Shown here: positions 43,866 through 55,400 of the stretch, piece by piece
Layout: the number at the start of each line of letters is the position of its first letter
Position numbering within the stretch: the first letter of the stretch is position 1
Assembly: GCA_965243025.1 (NCBI GenBank)
Contig: CBDETY010000003.1
Coordinates: forward strand, 4,224,001-4,288,000
DNA length: 64,000 nt
Source of the DNA: Candidatus Latescibacterota bacterium
Lineage (GTDB): Bacteria > Latescibacterota > UBA2968 > UBA8231
Reading direction: 5' to 3'
Notes under the pieces: model-generated
The model's database searches: none
What the model was told of the DNA's origin: nothing
What the model saw: only the letters and a program-made list of their open reading frames with translations
Made by a program: the position numbers and the translations under genes

Positions 43866-44042
43866 CCGACCCAGCCGTTCCTGAAATCTCCTGGAAACCC
43901 GATCCGAACTGAGATCGCTCCTCGATCAGCCCGGCAACCTCCTCGCCCTCCCCCAGTCCTGCCGCCCCTCTCCCCCTTGCAGAAGGCGGATAAAGTTTTA
44001 CGCCGTCATTACGAGATTTTTAAAATTTACCCGGACGCCGAT

Positions 44043-44278
44043 TTGCTTTTTTAGTCTATCCAGGTACAATAGAGGCACATGCAACGGGAATCCGGCAGGA
44101 CCCACTGCCGCTTCCCCAGTCCCTTCTGCCGGTGCCACACCGACAGAGTCACATCCCACTGAAACCCGAAAGGACTGCCATGGGAGCGTGAATCACATCG
44201 TTTTGTAAGGGCCGTCTGGTTTCAACACGGTACTCCACGGCCCGAAGATCAGTAAGGATGAGTAATGGTAAAAGCATC
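44043..44278 (+). promoter_or_regulatory. Transposase promoter, leader and first 7 codons (MSNGKSI) of a truncated IS1595 transposase
   Basis: TTGCTT-16-TACAAT; ATGAGTAATGGTAAAAGCATC is identical to the start of the left-arm transposase. Confidence 0.75.
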
Positions 44279-44355
44279 GGGAATTATATACATAACTCAG
44301 CAGGTAATTTAAGTAATCTCCTCCGCGAATTTAAAGAAATTCTGGTATAACCATA
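44279..44355 (+). repeat. Internal IS1595-type end
   Basis: GGGAATTATATACATAACT...CCGCGAATTTAAAGAAATTCTGGTATAA is a diverged copy of the element terminus. Confidence 0.8.
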
Positions 44356-44699
44356 TGGAAAGAAAATGCAGAGAACCGGACTTCCCCTGTCCCACTGCTT
44401 TAGCCCTGAGACACGGAAGAATGCCAGATTGACCCCGTGGGATCGAAAAGGCCGGGCTCTGATGGAGAGAAACCGGGACTCCTGCCCTGATCTGATGTCG
44501 GCGACTGGCAACGGTTTCTGCATCGGGCATTTCCCCATCTCGGTTGACGGCTCACCTCGCTGACTGGATACGAGAATCCCCCCGGCACGTTTCACGTCAG
44601 ATCTCCCTGGAGGCCGGCACTGTGGATCGGAGAGCCTCCGCCTGCATCGAGCAACGGGAAGGTCCTTCAGGGACCAGGAGAGCATCCCTGCATCCGGGA

Positions 44700-45623
44700 T
44701 CAGGCGAGCAGGGTTGCCGTCGTTGATTTCACCTGGGGGTTCGTCATCCTGCTGACCTTTCGGAAGGGTTCGCCCTCTCTCCACCGATGATGAGTGTAGG
44801 GGGTCGGAGGGATCTCCGTCGCCTGCAGATTCCGATAGGTCAGCCGTTTCCTCATCATCCCTGCGGTCAGATACCTCATCTTCTCCTCGGGGTCCAGGCG
44901 ACGGATATTGAACCTCCCTGTTATTTCGTTGAGGTACCGGGGGAAATACTTGGGAGACAGGTGACGAAAGAGCTCGCGGATCGTTCGCTTCGCCTTAGCC
45001 CAGAACGATTCAATGCCGTTCGTATGCGCGTCTCCCCGGACGTATTCGCCGGAACTGTGATTTACGATTTCGTGCCTCCCCTGCCATCCGAAACCACGAT
45101 AGACCGTGACATAGCCATACCACCATTCGTGACCAAATTTCTTCTTGCGGTGCCTCTTCTTGTCGTCTCCGCCGAAATAGGCTTCGTCTATCTCGGCTAT
45201 CCTGCTGCGTAGCGGTTCGGGATCCGACCACCCTTCCCGGATGCGGTGCAGCAGAAACCAGGCCGTTTTCTGCGTCATGCCGAGGTCGCGGGAAAGCTGC
45301 ATGCTGCTGATTCCCTGCGGACGGGACAGGTCCAGGTGGATTGCGATGGCCCATTTCTGCAAAGGGACCTTGGAGTGGGACATCACCGTTCCGGTGCGGA
45401 CGCTGAAGTGGTTTCGACAGTCGCCGCACCAGAAGGGCCTGTGCGCGCGGTTGCGACACGGGGTTATCATGCCGAAGCATCCGCAGTGCGGGCAATACAT
45501 GGATTCGGGAAGGCCATCTACCGTCTTCCCCCATCTGAGTTCTTCGAACCATTTTTCTGCTGCTGCATCATCTGGAAGCATTCTGAACAAATCGATTAAC
45601 GAGATACTTTTGCCATTTTTCAC
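44700..45623 (-). pseudogene. IS1595-family transposase with internal deletion
   Basis: Paralog of the arm transposases, but it jumps GYVTV|YRGFGW and loses the second catalytic Asp region. Confidence 0.8.
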
Positions 45624-46449
45624 TTCCGATACCTTCGGGCCGTGGAATACCGAACTGGAGACCTGCGGCCCTTACCAAAACGATGTGATTCACGCTCCCA
45701 TGGCGGTCCTTTCGGGATGGTGACTCTGTCGGTACTCCCCGACAGAAGGAACTGGGGAAGCGGCAGCGGATGCTACCGGGTTTCCCCTCGATTTACCGTT
45801 ATTATACCTGGATACACTAAAAAAGCAAATCGGCTTTCCGGGCAATTCGGTAAATGCTCGTAAGGAAGGAGGGAAACTTTGGTTTCTGGGAGTGGAGGAG
45901 GCTTGCAGGAGTGGGGGAGCGAAGAGGTCGGCGGGGGGTGCAGGAAGGGGAGCCCGGTGAGCAGCGGTTCCCGGCAGTCGGCGGAAACGGAGGCGCGCTG
46001 GGAGGTCGAGACGGGAAGACGGGGGTCTCGGATATCGGGAGGAGGCTGAGGCTACGCGTTTGGGAGACGGCAATCCCGGGTGTTTACCCGGGAGGCTCAC
46101 GAAACTGGGCGTCTGTGATGGCGGTTACGGATGGGCTCTGGTGGCGATGTGCCTCGGCGCAAGGCCTTCGCCGATGATCAGGAGATCCTTGATCCCTAGG
46201 GGGTTCCATGCAGGCAGCATCGGAAAACGAGCGAGCCGCCGATTACCCTGGTTTTTGCCCCGTCCCATCGGGGTCAGCGGGAGGGGGATGTTGTGCTCGC
46301 TATCTATTCTTTCGCTTGCGTCTGCGTCGCCACAACCAAGAAAAAAACAGGGTATCCAAAACAACGAAAGCTATCAGGATGAGAATCCAATAATCCATCT
46401 TTTTCCTGCTTCCCCAACGGATGGTACTTCATGGCCGACGAGATCGCGG

Positions 46450-46598
46450 TTATCGGAGCCCTCCGCCCAGGCCCCGGGCAAACAGGCACATCTGCTCGAC
46501 GGTGTCGCAGTCCCGGATGTTGTGCCGTCCTTGGAACTCGTTCACGTATCGCTGCAGGTGCTTGAAACTCATGCGATGGAAGGTGCCGTGATAGCCCC
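46450..46598 (-). pseudogene. IS1595 transposase C-terminal remnant
   Basis: GYHGTFHRMSFKHLQRYVNEFQGRHNIRDCDTVEQM. Confidence 0.75.
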
Positions 46599-46742
46599 GT
46601 TATTATAGCATTGCCCAGAAAATCCGCAAAAAAAGATAAAGGTCCTGGACAAACGGACAGAGGTTGTCCTCTTGGCGGTTATCTTGTGGTATGGAAGTAC
46701 AGCCATCCGCATGGGCAGTGATGCCCAGAGGCGTGGAGGGGG

Positions 46743-49385
46743 ATGAAAGCAGCCGTCATCTGTATCATCGGATCGCTGGTATCAGCAGGCCATGCAGGGG
46801 CCAAGCCCCTGATCGAGGGCTGGGTGCGGCTGCCCTCGGGGGCCCCCGCGGCCGGGGCGCAGGTGGGGCTGTTCGACCTGGGCGATCTGCGCGCAGCTCC
46901 GATTGGGGCGACTACGGATCAGTCAGGCAACTTCACCCTTTCCGTGGGGGCCTTGCCGGGCACCGCCCTGCAGGAGCGCTTCGAGCTGGGGTCGAACTAT
47001 CCCAATCCGTTCAACCCTTCTACCTTCATTCCGTACCAGTTGCCCTCATCGATGCATGTGCGCCTGGAGGTGTTCAACCTCCTGGGACAGCGCATTGCCA
47101 CGCTGGTCGACGGGGAGCAGCCGGCCGGTTTTCACACGGCGGAGTGGGACGCCACGGATGCGGCGGGTCAGGCGGTGTGGGCGGGGGTGTATCTGTATCG
47201 CCTGAGCGGGGACGCGGGGATGATCACGGGGCGTATGCTGCTGGTCCACGGGCAGGCGGGGTCCGCTTCGGCAGGTTGGGCGGCCTCCGCGAGGGACGAG
47301 GCCGGACCCGCCGGGGAGACAGCCCTCGCCTACGGTTTGACCGTCTCAGGTCCGGGGGTGGTTCCCTACGTGGACCCGGCCTTCCAGGTGACGGCGGGCA
47401 TGTCGCCGCTGGATGTCGTGGCGGAGACGCCGTCCAGTGCCCCTCGCGCAAAAGTGGCTTCCGACAGGATCCTGGGCGACGTGGACAACACCGGCCGGGT
47501 GGATTTCCTCGACGCCCTGCTGGTGGCCCTGTACAGCCGGGACTCCAGCATCGTCATGCCCAACAGCGGCGACATCTCTCTGGGGGACGTCAACGCCGAC
47601 GGCCGGGTCGACCTGTCCGATGTCTGGGTCATTGCGGCGTACCTCAACGATCCCACCGATCCGACGCTTCCGGCAGGGATCGCCCAATCGGTGGGTCCGG
47701 CCGCATCGTTGTCCCCGGACCCTGCGACCGTGACGTTTGCCGACAACGGGGCTTGGCACCGGTTTTCAGTGGAGGCTCGGGAGCCGGTCTCGGTGGTTGT
47801 CAACCCGGCGGAGACCACCCCAAGGTTGCAGATTACCACGCGCGGCCACCAGGGCAACTCCTGCCCCGCCGAAGCAGACGCCGACGCTTCTCGCGAGGAC
47901 GGCCAAACGATCTATCTATCCGGGTGTGCCGCGGGCCAAGCCACGGTGGAGCTGCGGCGGGAGGCGGACGGCACCGTCCTGCGGCGCTACACCTTCGAGG
48001 TGACCGGCAGCCCGGCGGACCTGGTGGTGCAGTCGGTTTCTGTCAGCGACAGCAGTCTGAGGCCCCGGCAATCCTTCACGCTCAGAGCCACGGTGCGCAA
48101 CCAGGGCACGGGTCAGTCGGCGGCGACCACCCTGCGCTACTACCGCTCGACGGACCGGACGATTTCCACACAGGATACACAGGTCGGCACCGGCCCGGTG
48201 AGTGCTCTTGCCGCTTCTCGTACCAGTCCCGACTCGATCCGCCTGACGGCCCCGTCGAGCGAAGGCACCTACTACTACGGCGCTTGTGTGGCCGGCGTCA
48301 GCGGCGAGAGCGATACACGCAACAACTGCTCTCCGGAAGTAAACGTGATGGTGGAGGATACGTCCGTGGATCTTTTTTCGATCCCCACGAACGGAGGAGT
48401 CACGTTCGTCGTCGGCCCGCAGGACACCACTGGCAAGGCGACGCTTACGGCGCACCCGAACTACGGCTACGATTTCGAAAAGTGGACGGAGGACGGGGTC
48501 ACCTTGTCCACCGATCGTGTGTACGTCATGGACGTCACGGGCACACACGAGGTCTCCGCCCACTTCTCTGTCAACCAGGACCGCAGTGGGATCTGGAACG
48601 GGGGCCAAACGTATACCGACTACTACTTCCCGGAAGGACCCTACGAGAGCTTGGCATGGACCTTCGTGTCGGTTGCCGATCCGCCGGAGAGTCTTGCGGA
48701 GGAAGGTCTTCTCCACTACTACGCCTACAACTTCTCCCTTGAGAACCATACCGCAAATCAGGGGGGAGGGTACGCCGGATTTCAGTCCAACGGCCTCATT
48801 CACGGCCAGCAACAGGGGAAGGTCATCAATTTTTCCATATGGGGCTCGAACGGGGCCCGAACCGACGGGCTGCTCGAATCCGCCAACACGGAATGCAACT
48901 GCTATCAGATCATGTATCCGTTCGAGTGGGTGGAAGGACGGGCTTATCGCTTCGTCTTGGGCCAAGGGCCGGGGGGAGTCGACAGCCGAGGAAAATGGTG
49001 GGGGCTATGGGTGACGGACCAGCAAACCGGAGAGACGACCTTTATCGGGGAGTCGCGGCTACCCACCTCCCTCTCCGGGCGAAGATCGACGATGTTGAGT
49101 GCGAAGACCTACCTCTTCGGGGAGGACCTGCACTGGTGGAGATCCTCCCGCATCGGTTATGTCTGCAGCGACTTTCAGCCCTCTTCGCTCGCCGTTCTGG
49201 ATGTGACCGCTGGGCAAGGGGTCCGGCCCCGGAAAGTTCGCAGCTTCGTCAACAGCGGCCAGATCGAAAAGGCAGGGGGAAGAAAAAGAACCAACTGTCA
49301 TGTGACCCTGTTCGAGAACGACCAAGGGGACGTGCAGCACAACTTGGGCTTCTGGCCCGAGCCGCCGCCGAATATCCTCGACTGA
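46743..49385 (+). CDS. Secreted multidomain protein (FlgD-Ig, dockerin-like, CARDB, unknown C-terminal domain)
   Basis: Signal peptide, NYPNPFNP, GDVDNTGRVD/GDVNADGRVD, ADLVV..VRNQGTG..YYYGACV. Confidence 0.8.
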   Translation: MKAAVICIIGSLVSAGHAGAKPLIEGWVRLPSGAPAAGAQVGLFDLGDLRAAPIGATTDQSGNFTLSVGALPGTALQERFELGSNYPNPFNPSTFIPYQLPSSMHVRLEVFNLLGQRIATLVDGEQPAGFHTAEWDATDAAGQAVWAGVYLYRLSGDAGMITGRMLLVHGQAGSASAGWAASARDEAGPAGETALAYGLTVSGPGVVPYVDPAFQVTAGMSPLDVVAETPSSAPRAKVASDRILGDVDNTGRVDFLDALLVALYSRDSSIVMPNSGDISLGDVNADGRVDLSDVWVIAAYLNDPTDPTLPAGIAQSVGPAASLSPDPATVTFADNGAWHRFSVEAREPVSVVVNPAETTPRLQITTRGHQGNSCPAEADADASREDGQTIYLSGCAAGQATVELRREADGTVLRRYTFEVTGSPADLVVQSVSVSDSSLRPRQSFTLRATVRNQGTGQSAATTLRYYRSTDRTISTQDTQVGTGPVSALAASRTSPDSIRLTAPSSEGTYYYGACVAGVSGESDTRNNCSPEVNVMVEDTSVDLFSIPTNGGVTFVVGPQDTTGKATLTAHPNYGYDFEKWTEDGVTLSTDRVYVMDVTGTHEVSAHFSVNQDRSGIWNGGQTYTDYYFPEGPYESLAWTFVSVADPPESLAEEGLLHYYAYNFSLENHTANQGGGYAGFQSNGLIHGQQQGKVINFSIWGSNGARTDGLLESANTECNCYQIMYPFEWVEGRAYRFVLGQGPGGVDSRGKWWGLWVTDQQTGETTFIGESRLPTSLSGRRSTMLSAKTYLFGEDLHWWRSSRIGYVCSDFQPSSLAVLDVTAGQGVRPRKVRSFVNSGQIEKAGGRKRTNCHVTLFENDQGDVQHNLGFWPEPPPNILD

Positions 49386-49541
49386 AAAAGGGGAAAGCTG
49401 TTCCGCCATCAAAGAAGAAAGGCTCTCTTCTGCCAACAAGGTGGGAAATCACATGAGGAAAGGAGTCGAGCGTCAGGAAGGCAATCCTTTGCAGTGTTCT
49501 TTGCCTACCGTTCGAGGCGGCAGGAGAGGATTGGAGCGAGC

Positions 49542-49750
49542 CAGGACCGCGTCCGGTTTTCCTGGGCTGTCATTTTCTTGAAAAATCGATTAGGCACCGT
49601 TGCGAAATAGAGGCTGTACTTTCTGAGGGAGGGTGTTATCCTTGAAGCGCGGACGTCGAGACTACCCTGCGGGCCACATGCGGCGAAGCCTTGGTGCCCG
49701 TGTTGAACGAGCGGACCCAGCGCCTGTGGGCCGCCGCCGAGGCGCACGGT
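49542..49750 (+). mobile_element. ISAzo13-like left-end fragment
   Basis: Frame from 49688 reads ALVPVLNERTQRLWAAAEA (ISAzo13-type transposase N-terminus); candidate end CAGGACCGCGTCCGG. Confidence 0.5.
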
Positions 49751-51342
49751 TTGCATTAATCGCAGTTACGCTCTCGGTAATTCTTGGCACACAAGTCACG
49801 GGTCATGCCGATACTACCCCTGTAAGCGAGCGTACGCCGCAGGTGCGTGATGCAATTGTAGCTGCGGTACCAGAGGCAAACAATGCTGCAGATGTGACCG
49901 CAGCACACCTCGCCGCAATTACCGGACTTTCCTTATACAGGAAGGGAATACAAGCCCTGAAAGCAAGTGACTTTGACGGACTCACCGCACTGACAACGTT
50001 GTACTTGGGCGATAACCAGTTGCGCTCATTGCCGGCGGGCTTATTTGATAATCTCACCGCACTGACATGGTTGAGCCTGACCCACAACCAATTGAGTTCG
50101 CTGCCGGCGGGGATATTTGACGATCTCACCGCACTGACAGGGTTGAGCCTGACCCACAACCAATTGAGTTCGTTGTCGTTGCCGGCGAACCTATTTGACG
50201 ATCTCACCGCACTGACAGGTTTGGGCCTGGGCGATAATCAGTTGAGTTCGTTGCCGGCGGGGATATTTGACAATCTCACCGCACTGACAGGGTTGGACCT
50301 GGGCGCCAACCAGTTGAGTTCGTTGCCGGCGGGCTTATTTGATAATCTCACCGCACTGACATGGTTGGGTCTGGGCGGTAACCAGTTGAGTTCGTTGCCG
50401 GCGGGGATATTCGACGGACTCACCGCACTGACATGGTTGAGTTTGTCCGGCAACCAGTTGAGTTCGTTTCCGGCGGGGGTATTCGACGGACTCACCGCAC
50501 TGACATGGTTGAGCTTGTCCGGCAACTCAGTAAGTCCCCTACTCCTTACCGTTTCTTTGGAGAAAGTTGGAACGGAGCAATTCAAGGCAGCGGCACCTGC
50601 AGGTGCACCGTTCAGTATGGTATTGCCGATCAGCGTTTCGAACGGTAGCATTGCTGGGGGTGCAACATCGGTCACAATACCCGCGGGTGGTGTGGAAAGC
50701 GAACCTCTCACCGTGAGCCGAACTTCCGGCACGACACTTGCCGTCACCGTGGATATCGGTGCTTTGCCGGAGTCGCCCAATAGCCATAGCGGCTATACCC
50801 TCGTCAAGTCCGCCGACCTTCCTCTAAAGGTTCTCGGTGACACCGCTGCGGAGCAAACCACGACGGATTTCAACGGGGATGGCAGGACCGATTTCGCCGA
50901 CTTCTTCCAGTTCGTCGACGCCTACGGGGGCACCGACGCACGCTTTGATCTCGACGGCAGCGGCACCGTCGATTTCGTCGACTTCTTCCAGTTCGTCGAT
51001 GCCTTCGACCAGCCGGGGCAGGCCAAGCTGGTGGCTCTTGCCCGGGAGATGTTCGGGCTGCCGGCGGGGCCGGAGTTGCACCAGAACCAGCCCAATCCCT
51101 TCAACAGCGAAACCGTGATTTCCTGGTTCCTGCTGGAACCGGGTCCGGCGCGAGTGGAGGTGTTCGCCCTTACCGGGCAGCGGGTGGCGGTGCTGCACCA
51201 GGGTCCGAAGAAGGCGGGCGTCCACCGTGTTCACTGGGACGGCCGCCACAGCGAAGGGCGCCCCTTGGCCAGCGGAGTGTACCTGTACCGGCTGGTTACT
51301 TCGGAAAGCGCTCAGACTCGCAAGCTTACTCTATTGCGATAG
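49678..51342 (+). CDS. Leucine-rich-repeat secreted protein with EF-hand/dockerin-like and FlgD tail
   Basis: About 8 24-aa repeats LTALTWLxLxxNQLSSLPAGIFD; DFNGDGRTDF; PNPFNSET...RKLTLLR; start uncertain. Confidence 0.85.
   Translation: MRRSLGARVERADPAPVGRRRGARFALIAVTLSVILGTQVTGHADTTPVSERTPQVRDAIVAAVPEANNAADVTAAHLAAITGLSLYRKGIQALKASDFDGLTALTTLYLGDNQLRSLPAGLFDNLTALTWLSLTHNQLSSLPAGIFDDLTALTGLSLTHNQLSSLSLPANLFDDLTALTGLGLGDNQLSSLPAGIFDNLTALTGLDLGANQLSSLPAGLFDNLTALTWLGLGGNQLSSLPAGIFDGLTALTWLSLSGNQLSSFPAGVFDGLTALTWLSLSGNSVSPLLLTVSLEKVGTEQFKAAAPAGAPFSMVLPISVSNGSIAGGATSVTIPAGGVESEPLTVSRTSGTTLAVTVDIGALPESPNSHSGYTLVKSADLPLKVLGDTAAEQTTTDFNGDGRTDFADFFQFVDAYGGTDARFDLDGSGTVDFVDFFQFVDAFDQPGQAKLVALAREMFGLPAGPELHQNQPNPFNSETVISWFLLEPGPARVEVFALTGQRVAVLHQGPKKAGVHRVHWDGRHSEGRPLASGVYLYRLVTSESAQTRKLTLLR
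49960..50530 (+). repeat. 72-bp tandem LRR-coding repeats
   Basis: CTCACCGCACTGACA recurs about every 72 bp. Confidence 0.85.
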
Positions 51343-51722
51343 TCCCCATTAAGGACGGGGAATTATGTACTTGACCGCACAAGCCTGGGGCCGGCACGGC
51401 TTGCAATGCCTCGCCAAAAACCGGGAAAGACTCGGAAACATCGGTCCCCGGCCTACTCAGGGTAGGAAAAACGGAGGTAAAGCTATGGGCTTGGCATTGG
51501 ACTACTACAGCAAGAGGAAATCTGGACCGCATACTGCAGGAGGTCCACCCGGCAGGTCGCCCAAGGTGTCCGCCTGCGTTTCACTGATCCAAACGTTCGT
51601 GCTGGTCGGTGTGTCGGTTCTCTCACAGGGTTGCTTGCCCGTCTTCCAGCAATACCAAGGCGCTAGGACGCAGGAGCCGGGTACGCTTGAATTCACGCCG
51701 AACGTCGCGACCGTGTCCTTCA

Positions 51723-52383
51723 AGCGCCGCTCGCATTGTCTTAGCACCGACCCGGAATTCGCCGCCAAAGCGGCCGACATCGTCGGCCTGTATCTCGACC
51801 CGCCGGACAACGCGGTGGTGGTGTGTGTCGACGAGAAACCGTCCACCCAGGCGCTGGAGCGCGCCCAGGGCTATTTGCGTCTGGCCCCGGGGTGCGGCGC
51901 TGAGCGGCTTCAGCCATCGCTACCAACGCCACGGCACCACGACCCTGTTTGCCGCCCTCGAGGTGGCCACCGGCCACATCAAGGCCGGGCATGCCAAGAG
52001 ACGCCGGCGCCGGGAGTTCCTCGAATTCATGAACGACGTGGTGGCCGCCTATCCGGCCGACCAGGCCCTCCATGTGATCCTGGACAACCTCAACACCCAC
52101 AAGCCCAAGCGCGACCGCTGGTTGGCGCGCCATCCCAACGTCCACTTCCACTTTACGCCCACCAATGCGTGCTGGCTCAACCTGATCGAAATCTGGTTCA
52201 GCATCCTCAGCCGTCGTGCCTTGCACGGAGCCAGCTTTACTTCGCCCCGACAGCTGGGCAACGCCATCGACGCCTTCATCGCCGCTTACAATTCCAAGGC
52301 ACACCCCTTCGAGTGGAAAAAAGAGAAGGTCTATCAGGGCCGGCTCCATGATACATGCGCGGAATTGTGCAATTAATCACTAG
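51723..52383 (+). mobile_element. IS630-family 3' fragment, frameshifted
   Basis: STDPEF..VCVDEKP, RHGTTTLFAAL, ILDNLNTHK, WLNLIEIWF; ends CACTAG. Confidence 0.85.
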
Positions 52384-52418
52384 AAGAACGGAAGAAAAGA
52401 AAGAATCCAAATATCTCC

Positions 52419-55400
52419 ATGAAAAAGCTTATTCTTCACACCGCTTTCTTGGTCCTCCCTCTCTCACCACCAACCGCCGTCGATGCTTCGCTCACGGGGG
52501 CCGACAGCTTGCACTTCTGCGCGCCGTTCGATTACGAGCAGTGGCGGCGCGATCACCCCCGCCCCGGGGGAAAGCGGCTGGCGGATCTGAACGTCGGTGA
52601 ACCGCGCACCGTGCGGATGATCTACTTTCTGCCCAACGACCGTCCGTTTCGCCAGGAAGTGGTCGATTCGATAAAGGTCACGATTCGAGAGGTGCAGAAC
52701 TTCTTTGTCGACCAGATGGAGGTGCACGGTTACGGCAAGCGAACGTTTCGCATCGAAACCGACGCCCAGGGAGAACCGCTAGTTCATCGCGTCGACGGGC
52801 GTGAACCCGACAGCAGCTACCTTGACGACACCTTGGGTAATGTGCTCGACGAGATAGAACAGGTATTTGATCTGAAAGCGAACATTTACCTCGTTGTCAT
52901 TGACAACAGTGCCAATCGGATTGTAGACAAAGCAACAGAAATAACCGGTGTAGGTGTAGCAACCCGAATCCAAAAAACCGGCGGATTCGCATTGATAACC
53001 GCCGGGTTCAGCTTTTTCACGGCAGCCCATGAACTGGGACATACTTTCGGATTGGAGCACGATTTCCAAAATCGAAAGTTCATCATGTCGTACGGTGATC
53101 CGAACCAACCTATACTATCGCCGTGTCATGCAGAGTTTCTAACGGTTCATCCCTACTTCAATCTTTCTGTTTTTATTGAAGCGGGGGAGTCGCCAGTTAT
53201 CGAACTCCTTTCGTCCCCCGAATATCCGGCAGGATCAAAGAGTGTCGCCGTCCGACTCAAACTCCAGGACGCGGAGGGACTGCATCAGGTCTTTCTCCTG
53301 GCGGAAGCACGTGGCCCGGGCTACGAAGTGTTGGCGTGCCGCAACCTGGCGGGTAAACGAGATGGCGAAGTGGTATTCGAATACGACGGGTACAGCCCCT
53401 CGCACGCTGATTGGGGAAAGGTCACAAGCCTGTCCGATAAGAAGGTGCATCCAATGCGTGTCGAGGCCGTTGATTTGTCCGGGAATGTTGGGGAAACGTT
53501 GTTTCAGCTATCGGCGGAGGCTTCCCCTGATGAACCACGTGCGTCCACGATTGAGATTATCGCTGGAGACCACCAGCAGGGCGCACCGGGACGCACACTG
53601 GAGAACGCCCTCGTCGTCGAGGTGAAGGATCAGAACGGGGATCTGTTATCGGACGAGACAATCCAGTTTGGAGTCACCGAGGGCGGGGCGAGGCTCAGCG
53701 GGCGGTACCTGGTCGAGAATGCGACGACCGATGCGAACGGACGGGCCGAGCTGACCCTCACCCTCGGCTCCAATCCGGAAACCATCGTCGTCCGTGTGTC
53801 TGCGCCTGAAGTCCCGGAGTGCCAGCCCGTTTTCTTCAGAGCGACGGCCGTCGGCGTGCACGTGGCCTCTTTGCCGGGTGATGCCGAGACGTGGCACCTT
53901 CCAGATCACGCCATCGCGCGCCTAGGTAGAGGTCACATTGGCGAGGGCGACCGAGCGGTATCGTTTTCGCCCAACGGTCAACACGTCGCCGTGGCCAGTG
54001 GCATCGGCGTGTGGCTGTACGATCTGGCGGCGTCTCGTGCCATCGCGCTGTTTCCCACTAGAAGCCCGGTCCATTCTGTAGCGTTTTCCCCAGAGGGAAA
54101 CCGGCTCGCCTCGAGCAGGGAAGGGGGGATCGACCTGTGGGATGTGGCGACCGGGACAAGGAGCGCGGAACTCATCGGGCACAATACCCTCGGCTTCTAT
54201 GTAGATGTCACCGCCGTGGCGTTCTCGCCGGACGGGACACGGCTCGCATCCGGGTCAATAGACCAGGTCGTCAAGTTGTGGGACGTGGCAACCGGAGGCG
54301 ACATCTACACTTGGGAGTTCGAACCAAGCGTCTCGGATTTCATCACGGTGGCGTTTTCGCCAGATGACGCCATGCTCGCCGTGGGACTTCAGGATGGGTC
54401 GGTGCGGCTGTTGGATGTCGCAACTCACGAAGTCAGCGCCACGCTTTTCGGGCATCGACTGGGTGTCCGTTCCGTAGCGTTTTCAAGGGATGGGAGGACG
54501 CTCGCGACCAGCTCGGACGATGGCGTGGTCAGACTATGGGACATGGCGCGGCGGGAGACCGTAATGGACCTTACGGGGCACGGGGGTCCGGTCACTTCGG
54601 TTTCGTTTTCGAGGGATGGCAATACCCTCGCATCCGCATCAAACGATAGCGATGTCAAGCTGTGGGATGTCGGGACGGGCACATCCGTCGCCACGCTTGC
54701 CGGAGGGCATACGTCCTGGGCTACATCGGTGTCGTTTTCTCCGGAGGGGACAACCGTTGCGTCCGGATCGACGGAGGATGGTTCTATCCTATTGTGGGAT
54801 GTAGCCACGAGAAACGCCGCTGCCATCCCCGGGCTTCACGTGGATGTCGGCAGTTCCGTGTCGTTCTCTCCGGATGGCAAGATACTGGCTTCCAGTTCGG
54901 AGGATGGCACCCCCAAGATTTGGGATGCCGAGACAGGACGGCTTATAAGGAGTTTCGGGCTTCGTCCCTGGGGAATACAAGCCGTGGCGTTCTCGCCCGA
55001 CAGCACCACGCTCGCCGCAGGATCGTTAGATAACACAATCGACCTATGGAATGTCGTGACGGGCGCCAGGATCGCTTCCTTCAAGAGAGGCCAGGGTCAG
55101 ATCCTGTCCCTGGCGTTCTCGCCGGACGGGAAAAGGCTCGCCGCAGGAGATCCTCAAGGGATCGCCCTTTGGGACGTTGCAACTGTTTCCGCTGCAAGCG
55201 CAACCCTTCGTGATGTAGTCTTTGGTGACATGGCAACGGACCATTATATCAGCACACCGTTGGGGTATGCGTGGGTGTGGTCTTTAGCGTTTTCAGTGGA
55301 TGGGAAGACGCTCGCGTCCTGCTCAAGCGATGGCACGGTCACGCTGTGGGACGCGTCAACGCTGACCCATCTCGCCACACTCGGGGGAGACCGTAGCTTC

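Noticed and set aside
49960-50530. 72-bp periodic repeats as a CRISPR array
   Set aside because: In-frame LRR coding repeats without unique spacers
51365-52351. 328-aa ORF as a real gene
   Set aside because: Chimera of a truncated lipoprotein-like fragment and the IS630 remnant
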